This document shows positions 1 to 8,728 of a stretch of DNA of 38,094 bases, piece by piece. The DNA comes from Pseudomonadota bacterium. Lineage in GTDB: Bacteria; Pseudomonadota; Alphaproteobacteria; CADEGL01. The stretch spans positions 1 through 38,094 of the forward strand of contig JAQCGR010000003.1 of assembly GCA_027619995.1 (NCBI GenBank), written 5' to 3'. Under the pieces are notes generated by a model. It did no database searches. It had not been told where the DNA came from and saw only the letters and a program-made list of their open reading frames with translations. The position numbers and the translations under genes were made by a program. Positions within the stretch are counted from its first letter, which is position 1. Each line of letters starts with the position of its first letter.

Positions 1-190
1 CCACTGAATTATATGTAAGAAATAGACGAAAGCCGCATCAAATGGTTCGGTTACATGGGAAATGCGGGTGAAGATCGTTTTCATCGCACTCGGCCCGAGC
101 GAAACCCCGGACACGGACGAGCGCTGGATCCGCCTGACCGCTTCGCTCGCCGAATAGCCGCCCCCGCGCTTCCAGAGCGAATACCCGAAC

Positions 191-223
191 GAGAAACGGG
201 CGGAGCCTCGCGGCCCCGCCCGT
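191..223 (-). terminator. Probable intrinsic terminator of the aminotransferase gene
   Basis: Minus strand reads ACGGGCGGGGCC-GCGA-GGCTCCGCCCGT-TTCTC: a 12-bp stem (one G-U pair), a GNRA loop and a short pyrimidine tail, 24 nt after the stop codon. Confidence 0.6.
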
Positions 224-247
224 CGTCTTTAACCAAAGTCGGGTTGG

Positions 248-1591
248 TTAGGCCGCTTCCTTGATCGCTTCCGTCAGGGTGTCGACGATCTGGTCGATTT
301 GGCCCTTGGAGATGATCAGCGGCGGGCTCATGGCCAGGATATCGGCCGTGTAGCGGACCAGGACGCCCTTGTCGTAGCACTTGTTGAAGATGTCGTAGCC
401 GCGCGTGCCCGGCGCATCCTTGCGCGGCTCGAACTGCACGGCGCCCATGATGCCGAAGTCGCGCACATCCACCACGGGGCCGAGATCGGCCATCGAATGC
501 ATGGCGTCCTGCCAATAGGACTCCAACTCGGCCGCGCGCTCGAACAATCCCTCGCTCTGATAGACGTCCAGGGTGGCGAGGCCGGCCGCCGCGGCCAGCG
601 GATGGGCCGAATAGGTGTAACCGTGGGTCAGCTCGACCGCATAGGGATTGTCGCCCTGCATGAAGGCGTCATGGATGAACTTGCGGCAGAACACGGCGCC
701 CATCGGCACCGTCGCGTTGCTCAAGCCCTTGGCCGTGGTCATCAGGTCGGGCACGACGCCGAAGCGGTCGCCCGCGAAGGGCCTGCCCAGACGGCCGAAG
801 CCGGTGATGACCTCGTCGAAGATCAGCAGCAAACCATGCTTGTCGCAAATCGCGCGCAGGCGTTCGAGATAGCCCTTGGGCGGCACCAGCACGCCGGCCG
901 AACCGGCCACCGGCTCGACGATCACCGCGGCGATGGTCGAGGCGTCGTGCAGGGCCACGATCTCCTCCAGCTCGTCGGCCAGATGGGCGCCCCATTCGGG
1001 TTGGCCGCGGCTGAACGCCATCTTGTCGATATTGTAGGTATGGGGCAGATGATCGACCCCGCCCAGCAACCCGCCATAGAGCTTGCGGTTGGGCGACATG
1101 CCGCCGACCGAGATGCCGCCGAAGCCGACCCCGTGATAGCCGCGCGCGCGGCCGATCAGGCGGGTGCGCTGCCCGTCGCCCTTCATCCGGTGATAGGCCA
1201 GCGCGATCTTGAGCGCGGTGTCGACCGATTCGGAGCCCGAATTGGTGAAGAAGACATGGTCGAGATCGCCGGGCGCGATGCGCGCCAGACGGGCGGCCAG
1301 CTCGAAGGGCGCGGGATGGCCCATCTGGAAGGACGGCGCGTATTCCATGCGCGCCACCTGTTCCTGCACCGCGCGCACGATCGGCTCGCGGCAATGGCCG
1401 GCATTGACGCACCAGAGGCCCGCCGTGCCGTCCAGCACCTTGCGACCGTCCTGGGTGGTGTAGTGCATGTCCTTGGCCTCGACCAGAAGCCGGGGCGCCG
1501 CCTTGAATTGGCGGTTTGCCGTGAACGGCATCCAAAAGGCCGACAGGTCGTTGGGCATACGGTCGTAAACGGAGTCAGATGCGCTCGCCAT
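248..1591 (-). CDS. Class III PLP aminotransferase, omega-amino acid/beta-alanine:pyruvate transaminase (BauA-like)
   Basis: FWMPFTANRQF N-terminus, FFTNSGSE, RGYHG, VIVEPVAGSAG, LLIFDEVITGFGR, PLP lysine in TTAKG, HGYTYSAHP; GAGGGAG RBS upstream. Confidence 0.93.
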   Translation of the reverse strand: MASASDSVYDRMPNDLSAFWMPFTANRQFKAAPRLLVEAKDMHYTTQDGRKVLDGTAGLWCVNAGHCREPIVRAVQEQVARMEYAPSFQMGHPAPFELAARLARIAPGDLDHVFFTNSGSESVDTALKIALAYHRMKGDGQRTRLIGRARGYHGVGFGGISVGGMSPNRKLYGGLLGGVDHLPHTYNIDKMAFSRGQPEWGAHLADELEEIVALHDASTIAAVIVEPVAGSAGVLVPPKGYLERLRAICDKHGLLLIFDEVITGFGRLGRPFAGDRFGVVPDLMTTAKGLSNATVPMGAVFCRKFIHDAFMQGDNPYAVELTHGYTYSAHPLAAAAGLATLDVYQSEGLFERAAELESYWQDAMHSMADLGPVVDVRDFGIMGAVQFEPRKDAPGTRGYDIFNKCYDKGVLVRYTADILAMSPPLIISKGQIDQIVDTLTEAIKEAA

Positions 1592-1768
1592 GGCAATTCT
1601 CCCTCGAATTTGGGCCGGAAACGCGGAACTTGAGCCAGTTTATCACCTGTCGGGGGAGGGGCAAATGCGCTCGCGCCCCAGCGGATAGGGGCGGCGGAGC
1701 GCGTGGGCGGGATAGTCTTGGTAAATAAACATGGTTAATTTTAACAGCATTTTGTCAGTTCAAATGCC

Positions 1769-1784
1769 TGGCATGATTTATGCT
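1769..1784 (+). promoter_or_regulatory. Sigma-54 (-24/-12) promoter candidate
   Basis: TGGCATGATTTATGCT has exact GG-N10-GC spacing and is close to TGGCACG-N4-TTGC(A/T); it lies in an AT-rich intergenic tract 80 nt upstream of ORF 1865. Confidence 0.6.
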
Positions 1785-1864
1785 TACTTCGACAGATAGA
1801 GAAATTCCTGTGGAAAGATAAAATTGTAGAAACCTTTTATTGAGTATGCGTAGGATAGATTGCC

Positions 1865-2236
1865 ATGACGAGCATATCCGCAATCCGGCTTCCCGGAACC
1901 CACGCCCCTCGGGCCGCGCATCCTGCCGCCCCCGTCGAGGCCGTCGCCCCCGCGGGATCCAACGATAGCTTCCCACCGCAGCGGGAGTCCGGTGCCGCAA
2001 GAACCGAACGGCGCAACCTGCCGGCCGTCATCCGGGCGCCGCGGACGGAGGCGGCTGCGCCGCGCCCGGCCGGCGTTTCGCTACCCTATCTGGCGCAGCA
2101 TATCGCCCAGGAAATCCTGGGCCCGTCGCGCATGGCCCTCGATCTGCGCTTTCACCACCATCCCGGCCTCGACGCCTATGCCGCCATGCAGATGGCGGAG
2201 CCGGAGCTGCCCGCCCAACGTCGCGCCTGGGCCTGA
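1865..2236 (+). CDS. Small hypothetical protein: Pro/Ala-rich N-terminus, C-terminal LPYLAQHIAQE...DAY segment
   Basis: 123-aa ORF with ATG, AGGA RBS and GC-rich codon usage, filling the gap between the AT-rich promoter region and the ureohydrolase. Confidence 0.65.
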   Translation: MTSISAIRLPGTHAPRAAHPAAPVEAVAPAGSNDSFPPQRESGAARTERRNLPAVIRAPRTEAAAPRPAGVSLPYLAQHIAQEILGPSRMALDLRFHHHPGLDAYAAMQMAEPELPAQRRAWA

Positions 2237-2307
2237 AGTCGATGCCCCGATAGCCGCGGCCTGATAGACTGGCCGTCCTATTGGAGGCTGGCGGCGAGGG
2301 CGCGGAC

Positions 2308-3294
2308 ATGACCGAAGACAACAAGAGGGGCAAGCCGCCCGCCACCGATCAGCGGGCCATGAACCAGCCGCGCTACACCGGCATTCCGACCTTCATGCGC
2401 GCGCCCTATTGCCCGAACCCGGCCGAGCTGGATATCGCCATCGTCGGCGTGCCCTATGACGGTGGCGTGACCAACCGGAGCGGCGCGCGCCACGGGCCAC
2501 GCGAAATCCGCAACAGCTCCAGCCTCATGCGCGCGATCCACCATGTCAGCCGGATCAATCCCTTCGACATCTGCCGGGTTGGCGATCTGGGCGATATCGA
2601 GCTGCCGCATCTGTTCGATATCGCCGCGACGGTGGACGACATCGCCGCCTTCTACGCCGATCTGCACGCAGCCGGCGCCGCGCCGTTGAGCGCAGGGGGC
2701 GATCACGCCATCACCTATCCGATCTTCAAGGGAATCGCCGCGCATCGGCCCGTCGGCATGGTCCATATCGACGCCCATACCGATACCTGGGACGAATTCC
2801 TGGGCTGCAAATTCATGCATGGCACGCCCTTCCGCCGGGCCGTGGAGGATGGCCTGCTCGACCCCAAACGCACCATCCAGATCGGTATCAGAGGCGCCCA
2901 GAATACCGAGGAGGGTTGGCGCTTCTCCCTCGAAAGCGGCATGCGTGTGGTCTGGATGGAGGAATTCACCGAGATGGGGGTCGAGGCGGTGATCGCCGAG
3001 GCCCGCCGGGTGGTCGGCGACGGCCCGACCTATGTGTCCTTCGATGTCGACGGGCTCGACCCGGTCTTCGCGCCCGGCACGGGCGCCCCCGAAGTCGGCG
3101 GATTGACGACGATCGAAGCCCAACGCCTGATCCGCGGATTGCGCGGCCTGGATATCGTGGGCGGCGATGTGGTCGAGGTCTCGCCGCCCTTCGATCCCAG
3201 CGGCAACACGGCCTTGGTCGGCGCCACGATGCTTTACGAAATCCTCTGCATCCTGGCCGAAGCGACTGCCAAGAGGCGCACCCGCGCGACCTAG
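2308..3294 (+). CDS. Ureohydrolase (agmatinase family), guanidinopropionase GpuA-like
   Basis: GGDHAI, DAHTD, HGTPFRR, SFDVDGLDP, APGTG, DVVEVSPPFD. The segment TNRSGARHGPREIRNSSSLMRAIHHVSRI closely resembles P. aeruginosa GpuA as I recall it. ATG 2308 preferred over TTG 2281. Confidence 0.9.
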   Translation: MTEDNKRGKPPATDQRAMNQPRYTGIPTFMRAPYCPNPAELDIAIVGVPYDGGVTNRSGARHGPREIRNSSSLMRAIHHVSRINPFDICRVGDLGDIELPHLFDIAATVDDIAAFYADLHAAGAAPLSAGGDHAITYPIFKGIAAHRPVGMVHIDAHTDTWDEFLGCKFMHGTPFRRAVEDGLLDPKRTIQIGIRGAQNTEEGWRFSLESGMRVVWMEEFTEMGVEAVIAEARRVVGDGPTYVSFDVDGLDPVFAPGTGAPEVGGLTTIEAQRLIRGLRGLDIVGGDVVEVSPPFDPSGNTALVGATMLYEILCILAEATAKRRTRAT

Positions 3295-3410
3295 TTAAGC
3301 GGCCGAGTGAAGCGACCTAGTGATGCCGGGGCCGAGTTGCTATCGTCCCGGGCCTTCCGAATTCGCGAACCGAAACGCGAATCGCCACCGAAAAAAACGG
3401 ACGATCCACC

Positions 3411-4925
3411 ATGGCCGACACCGTCAAATCCCTTCTTCGCGCGCCCGCCGATGCCCCGGCGATCCTGGCCCCGGACAGCCCGGCGCTGAGCCACGGGGCC
3501 CTGCGCGCCCATGTCGAGCGCACCGTCGCGCGGCTCAACGAGTTGGGGATCGGACGCAACGACCGGGTTGCCATCGTGCTGCCCAACGGCCCGGAGATGG
3601 CCAGCGCCTTTGTCGCCATCGCCGCCGGGGCAACCACCGCGCCGCTCAACCCCGCCTATCGGGACGAGGAATTCGAATTCTATCTCTCCGATCTGGGCGC
3701 CAAGGCCCTGGTGCTGGAGGCCGGCGCCGACTCCCCCGCCATCGCGGTGGCCGAACGCCTCGGCGTTCCGATCTTGCGCCTGGAAGCGCGGCGCGATGAA
3801 GGCGCGGGGCTGTTCGATCTTCTGGGCGATGCCGGCGGCGCACCGGAATCGGGCGGCATGGCGGAGCCGGACGATATCGCCCTGGTACTGCACACCTCGG
3901 GCACGACATCCCGGCCCAAGATCGTGCCCCTGGCCCAGACCAATATCTGCGCAACGGCGCGGCATATCGGTGAAACTCTCGCGCTGAAACCGGCCGACCG
4001 CTGCCTCAACATCATGCCGCTGTTCCATATTCACGGCCTGATGTCGGCCGTGCTCTCCAGCCTGGCGGCGGGCGCCAGCGTCTATTGCTCGCCGGGCTTC
4101 AACGCCCTCAAATTCTTCTCCTGGATGGAGGAGGCCGGACCGAGCTGGTACACGGCCGTGCCGACCATGCATCAGGCTATCCTCAGCCGGGCCGCGCGCA
4201 ACCAGGCGACCGTCGACAAGGCGAAGCTGCGGTTCATCCGCTCCTCCTCCTCCTCCCTCGCGCCCCAGGTCATGGCCGAGCTGGAGCAGGTCTTCGGCGC
4301 CCCGGTCATCGAATCCTACGGCATGACCGAAGCGGCGCATCAGATGACCTCGAATCCCCTGCCGCCGCGCGAGCGCAAGCCGGGTTCGGTCGGCGTCGCC
4401 GCCGGGCCGGAGGTTGCGATCATGGGGAAGGATGGCGCCCTGCTGCCCGCAGAGACCGAGGGCGAGGTCGTGATCCGCGGCCCCAATGTCACCGGGGGCT
4501 ATGAGAACAACCCCGAAGCCAATGCCGGCGCCTTCACCGACGGCTGGTTCCACACCGGCGACAACGGCGTGATGGACGACGCCGGCTATCTGCGCATCAC
4601 CGGGCGGATCAAGGAGATCATCAACCGCGGCGGCGAGAAAATCTCGCCCCGCGAGGTCGACGAGATCCTGATGGATCATCCCGCGGTCGCCCAGGCCGTC
4701 ACCTTCGCCATGCCCCATGACAAGCTGGGCGAAGAGGTCGCCTGCGCCATCGTCCTGCGCGAAGGCGCCACGGCCGAGGAGCGCGAGATCAGGGATTTCG
4801 CTGCCACCCGCCTCGCCGATTTCAAGGTGCCGCGCAAGGTTCTGTTCCTCGAGGAAATCCCCAAGGGGGCGACCGGCAAGCTGCAACGCATTGGCCTGGC
4901 CAAGCAATTGGGCCTGGCCCCGTGA
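3411..4925 (+). CDS. Acyl-CoA synthetase, oxalate-CoA ligase (AAE3/Pcs60/Oxs)-like
   Basis: LVLHTSGTTSRPK, PLFHIHGL, WYTAVPTMHQ, LRFIRSSS, YGMTEAAHQMTSNPLP, FHTGD, INRGGEKISP, PKGATGKLQR. Confidence 0.88.
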   Translation: MADTVKSLLRAPADAPAILAPDSPALSHGALRAHVERTVARLNELGIGRNDRVAIVLPNGPEMASAFVAIAAGATTAPLNPAYRDEEFEFYLSDLGAKALVLEAGADSPAIAVAERLGVPILRLEARRDEGAGLFDLLGDAGGAPESGGMAEPDDIALVLHTSGTTSRPKIVPLAQTNICATARHIGETLALKPADRCLNIMPLFHIHGLMSAVLSSLAAGASVYCSPGFNALKFFSWMEEAGPSWYTAVPTMHQAILSRAARNQATVDKAKLRFIRSSSSSLAPQVMAELEQVFGAPVIESYGMTEAAHQMTSNPLPPRERKPGSVGVAAGPEVAIMGKDGALLPAETEGEVVIRGPNVTGGYENNPEANAGAFTDGWFHTGDNGVMDDAGYLRITGRIKEIINRGGEKISPREVDEILMDHPAVAQAVTFAMPHDKLGEEVACAIVLREGATAEEREIRDFAATRLADFKVPRKVLFLEEIPKGATGKLQRIGLAKQLGLAP

Positions 4926-5902
4926 AGATCTGCGTCTTCGGCGCGGGCGCGATCGGCGGCTATCTGGGCGTCCAGCTTGCCCTGGCCGGGCAAGAGGTCA
5001 GCCTGATCGCGCGCGGCCCGCATCTGGCCGCGATGAAGGAAAACGGCCTGGCTCTGCGCATCGACGGCGAGGAGCGGGTGGCCCGCCCGCTCTGCACGGA
5101 CGATCCGGCCGAAGCCGGGGTGCAGGATTTCGTCATCATCGGCCTCAAGGCCCATTCCGTGCCGGGGGTGGTCGAGGCTATGCAGCCCCTGCTCGGCCCC
5201 GACACCGCCATCGTCTCGGCCGTCAACGGCGTGCCCTGGTGGTATTTCCACGAACTGGGCGGCCCCCATGACGACGCGCGACTCGAAGCGGTCGATCCCG
5301 GCGACGTGCAATGGAACGGGCTCGGGCCGGAACGCATGATCGGCTGTGTCGTCTATCCCGCCTGCGAGGTGGTCGAGCCGGGCGTGATCGAGCATATCGA
5401 CGGCGACCGTTTCACACTGGGCGAGCCTTCGGGCGAGAAGACCGAACGGATCGCGCGCATTTCCGGCGCCATAATTGAGGCTGGCCTGAAGGCCCCGGTG
5501 CGGCCCAATATCCGCGACGAAATCTGGGTCAAGCTTTGGGGCAACCTGGCCTTCAATCCGCTGAGCGCCCTGACCCATGGGACCCTGGACGTGATCGCCA
5601 CCGATCCCGGTACCCGCGTCGTGGCCAAGGCCATGATGCTGGAAGCGAAGGCCGTGGGCGAGGCGCTGGGCGTGCGCTTTCGCATCGATATCGAGAAGCG
5701 GATCGACGGGGCGGGCGCGGTCGGCGCGCATAAGACCAGCATGTTGCAGGATCTCGAACGCGGGCGGCCGATGGAAATCGACGCCATCGTGACGGCGGTC
5801 CAGGAGATGGGCCATCTCGTCGGGATTGAAACGCCGACGATCGACACGATCCTCGCCCTGGTGCGACAACGGGCGCGCATCGCCGGCTGCTACGCCAGCT
5901 GA
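4922..5902 (+). CDS. Ketopantoate reductase family protein (PanE2 / oxalyl-CoA reductase-like)
   Basis: GAGAIGG, NGVPWWYF, EIWVKLWGNLAFNP, HKTSMLQDLERGRPME; GTGA overlap with the synthetase stop. Confidence 0.88.
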   Translation: MKICVFGAGAIGGYLGVQLALAGQEVSLIARGPHLAAMKENGLALRIDGEERVARPLCTDDPAEAGVQDFVIIGLKAHSVPGVVEAMQPLLGPDTAIVSAVNGVPWWYFHELGGPHDDARLEAVDPGDVQWNGLGPERMIGCVVYPACEVVEPGVIEHIDGDRFTLGEPSGEKTERIARISGAIIEAGLKAPVRPNIRDEIWVKLWGNLAFNPLSALTHGTLDVIATDPGTRVVAKAMMLEAKAVGEALGVRFRIDIEKRIDGAGAVGAHKTSMLQDLERGRPMEIDAIVTAVQEMGHLVGIETPTIDTILALVRQRARIAGCYAS

Positions 5903-5932
5903 CCCGGTAACGCCCGGTAACGCCAACTAACG
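5903..5932 (+). repeat. 10-bp tandem repeat (two perfect copies, one degenerate)
   Basis: CCCGGTAACG CCCGGTAACG CCAACTAACG directly before the AAGGAGG RBS of cydA. Confidence 0.7.
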
Positions 5933-5945
5933 AAGGAGGACGACC

Positions 5946-7328
5946 ATGGAATTCGACGCCGTCCTCCTTTCTCGCATCCAGTTCGGCTTCACCCTCGCCT
6001 TCCATATCCTGTTTCCGACCCTGACCATCGGGCTCGGCCTTCTCCTGGTCTTCGTCGAGGCCCAATGGCTGCGCACGCGGGACGAAGCCTGGCGGACCCT
6101 CTGGCGCTTCTGGATCAGGATCTTCGCCCTGGCCTTCGGCATGGGCGTGGTCAGCGGCGTCGTGCTGTCCTTCGAATTCGGCATGAACTTCTCGCGCTTT
6201 TCCGCCGCGACGGGCGAAGTGCTGGGCCCCCTGCTCGGCTACGAGGTGATGACCGCTTTCTTCCTCGAGGCCGGCTTCCTGGGAATCATGCTGTTCGGCT
6301 GGAAGCTGGTCGGCGACCGCCTCCATTTCATGGCGACCTGCATGGTCGCCGTCGGCACCTCGATCTCGGCCTTCTGGATTCTCGCGGCCAATTCCTGGAT
6401 GCACACCCCCGCCGGCTTCGAACTGGTCGACGGCGTGTTCAAGCCGGTCGATTGGGTGGCGGTGATCTTCAACCCCTCCTTCCCCTACCGCTTTCTGCAT
6501 ATGACCCTGGCCTCCTGGATGACGGCCTCCTTCGTCATGGCCGGGGTCTGCGCCCTGCTGATCCTGCGCGGCCGGACGGACGAAAGCCTGCGCGAGGGCT
6601 TCCGCCTCGCCCTGCTGACGGCGGCCATCGTCTCGCCCGCACAGATCTTCGTCGGCGATATGAGCGGTCTGGCCGTGCGCGAGTACCAGCCGATCAAACT
6701 GGCCGCGATCGAAGCCGTCTGGGAGACCGAGGGTGCCGTCCCCTTTCATATCTTCACCTGGCCGGACATGGAGGCCGAGGAGAACCGCTTCTCGATCTCG
6801 ATCCCCTACGGCGCCAGCCTGATCACGACCCATGACCCGGAGGGCGTGATCCAGGGCCTCAAATCCGTCCCCCCCGAGGACCGGCCCTATGTGCCGCTGG
6901 TCTTCTTTTCCTTCCGCATCATGGTCGGGATCGGCTTTGCCCTGCTCGGCCTCGCGATGTGGGGGGTATGGCTGCGACGCAAGGGCCGGCTGTTCGAGGC
7001 GAAACTATTCCAGCGGGCCTGTGTCGCGGCGATGCCGCTGGGCTTCGTCGCCACCATCATGGGTTGGATCACGGCGGAGGCCGGGCGCCAGCCCTGGGTC
7101 GTCCAGGGCCTGATGCGCACGAAGGACGCGGCCAGCGATCTCGCGCCGGAATCGGTCGCCACCTCTCTCCTGCTGTTCTTCGTCGTCTACAATCTCTTGC
7201 TGGGCACCTTCCTGTATTTCCTTTGGCATCTGATCCGGCGCGGACCTGACACCGAGCCCGAGCCGAACCGGGCGCCGGAGGACGAGCAGCCGCGCCTGGC
7301 GAGCTGGCACGGCGCGGACGGGAGCTGA
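5946..7328 (+). CDS. cydA: Cytochrome bd quinol oxidase subunit I, short Q-loop (CioA type)
   Basis: LSRIQF, AFHILFP, FFLEAGFLG, ILAANSWMHTP, RFLHM, QPIKLAAIE, FRIMVG, GWITAEAGRQPW; strong RBS. Confidence 0.96.
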   Translation: MEFDAVLLSRIQFGFTLAFHILFPTLTIGLGLLLVFVEAQWLRTRDEAWRTLWRFWIRIFALAFGMGVVSGVVLSFEFGMNFSRFSAATGEVLGPLLGYEVMTAFFLEAGFLGIMLFGWKLVGDRLHFMATCMVAVGTSISAFWILAANSWMHTPAGFELVDGVFKPVDWVAVIFNPSFPYRFLHMTLASWMTASFVMAGVCALLILRGRTDESLREGFRLALLTAAIVSPAQIFVGDMSGLAVREYQPIKLAAIEAVWETEGAVPFHIFTWPDMEAEENRFSISIPYGASLITTHDPEGVIQGLKSVPPEDRPYVPLVFFSFRIMVGIGFALLGLAMWGVWLRRKGRLFEAKLFQRACVAAMPLGFVATIMGWITAEAGRQPWVVQGLMRTKDAASDLAPESVATSLLLFFVVYNLLLGTFLYFLWHLIRRGPDTEPEPNRAPEDEQPRLASWHGADGS

Positions 7329-7330
7329 CG

Positions 7331-8347
7331 ATGGATTTCTCCTTCGACCTGCCTCATCTCCTGCCCTTGATCTGGGCCCTGGTCATCGCCTTCGGCGTCG
7401 CGATGTATGTCGTGCTGGACGGCTTCGACCTCGGTATCGGCATTCTCTTTCCCTTCGTGCCGAACGACCGCGACCGGGACCGCATGATGGCCAGCGTGGC
7501 ACCGGTCTGGGACGGCAACGAGACCTGGCTGGTGCTGGGCGGCGCCTCCCTGTTCGGCGCCTTCCCCCAGGCCTATGCCCAGCTTCTGCCCGCCTTCTAT
7601 CTTCCGCTCGCCCTGTTCCTCTTCGCCCTGATCTTCCGGGGCATTTCCTTCGAGTTCCGCGCCCGGTCCGAGCGGTCGCCACCGCTGTGGAACGCCGCCT
7701 TCGCCTGCGGCTCCACCATCGCGGCCTTTTCCCAGGGCCTGGTCCTGGGCGCCTTCGTCGAAGGCGCGGGCGCCAGCACGGAGGCCTCGACCCCGTTTTC
7801 CTGGCTGTCGCCCTTCTCGGTCATGGTCGGGCTGGGCCTGGTCTGCGGCTATGCCCTGCTGGGCGCGACCTGGTTGATCCTCAAGACCGAGGGGTTGCTG
7901 CAGGCCTGGTGCGACCGCGCGGCGAAGCGGCTGCTGATCGGTGTGCTGGTCTTCATCGGAATCGTCAGCCTGTGGACGCCCTTTGCCGAGCCAGAGATCG
8001 CCGCGCGCTGGTTCTCCTGGCCCCGGATCGCCTATCTCTCGCCCGTGCCGATCCTGACCGGGGTGCTGGCCCTGGCCCTCTGGCGGGCGTTGGCGGCGGG
8101 CCGCGAAAGGGCGCCGTTCCTCTACTCCATCGCCCTGATCCTGCTGGCCTATATCGGGTTGGGGGTCAGCCTATGGCCCTATGCCGTGCCGCGCGAAATG
8201 ACCATCTGGCAGGCGGCGGCCGGCCCCATGACCCAGGGATTCCTACTGATCGGGGTGGCCGTGATGATCCCGCTGATCCTGATCTACACGGCATACACCT
8301 ACCGGGTTTTCCGGGGTAAGGTGCGCGAAGAAGACACCTATCACTGA
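7331..8347 (+). CDS. cydB: Cytochrome bd quinol oxidase subunit II (CioB type)
   Basis: YVVLDGFDLGIG, PVWDGNETWLV, FRGISFEFR, C-terminal YRVFRGK; multi-TM; 2 nt after cydA. Confidence 0.96.
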   Translation: MDFSFDLPHLLPLIWALVIAFGVAMYVVLDGFDLGIGILFPFVPNDRDRDRMMASVAPVWDGNETWLVLGGASLFGAFPQAYAQLLPAFYLPLALFLFALIFRGISFEFRARSERSPPLWNAAFACGSTIAAFSQGLVLGAFVEGAGASTEASTPFSWLSPFSVMVGLGLVCGYALLGATWLILKTEGLLQAWCDRAAKRLLIGVLVFIGIVSLWTPFAEPEIAARWFSWPRIAYLSPVPILTGVLALALWRALAAGRERAPFLYSIALILLAYIGLGVSLWPYAVPREMTIWQAAAGPMTQGFLLIGVAVMIPLILIYTAYTYRVFRGKVREEDTYH

Positions 8348-8357
8348 CGGATCGAAT

Positions 8358-8615
8358 ATGATCGACGGCCCTTATGGAATGGCCGGCCTGCCTCGCGCAC
8401 GCCGCCAGAATCGACGCAGACCTCGCCCCCAGCGGGTGCCCGGCACGGTGAAATCGCCCTGCACCGGCGTCTGCACCCTGGACGAGAGCACCGGCTTCTG
8501 CCGCGGCTGTCACCGCAGCCTGGTGGAAATCCGCGACTGGATGATCCTGGACGACGACGACCGCCGCGCGATCATGGCCAAGGTCGTCGTGCGCCGGGGC
8601 GTGGTGCCGGAATAA
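8358..8615 (+). CDS. DUF1289 family small Cys-rich protein (putative Fe-S/metal binding); start uncertain
   Basis: SPCTGVCTLD...CRGCHRSLVEIRDW matches the SPCxxxC...CxGCxR...EI..W pattern. Confidence 0.8.
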   Translation: MIDGPYGMAGLPRARRQNRRRPRPQRVPGTVKSPCTGVCTLDESTGFCRGCHRSLVEIRDWMILDDDDRRAIMAKVVVRRGVVPE

Positions 8616-8728
8616 GACCCCGGCTCCCAAACTCTTCTCGGTCGACGATCAGTATTCCGCTGGTGTGACGTCCGGTCGGAGGCAGTAGGCTTCCGGCAGA
8701 AAAATCCGAACAGCTACAGGAGAGGGAT

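Noticed and set aside
230-250. TAACCAA-N7-TTGGTTA inverted repeat as a CtrA or other operator
   Set aside because: It overlaps a stop codon at a gene 3' end next to a terminator and does not match TTAA-N7-TTAA
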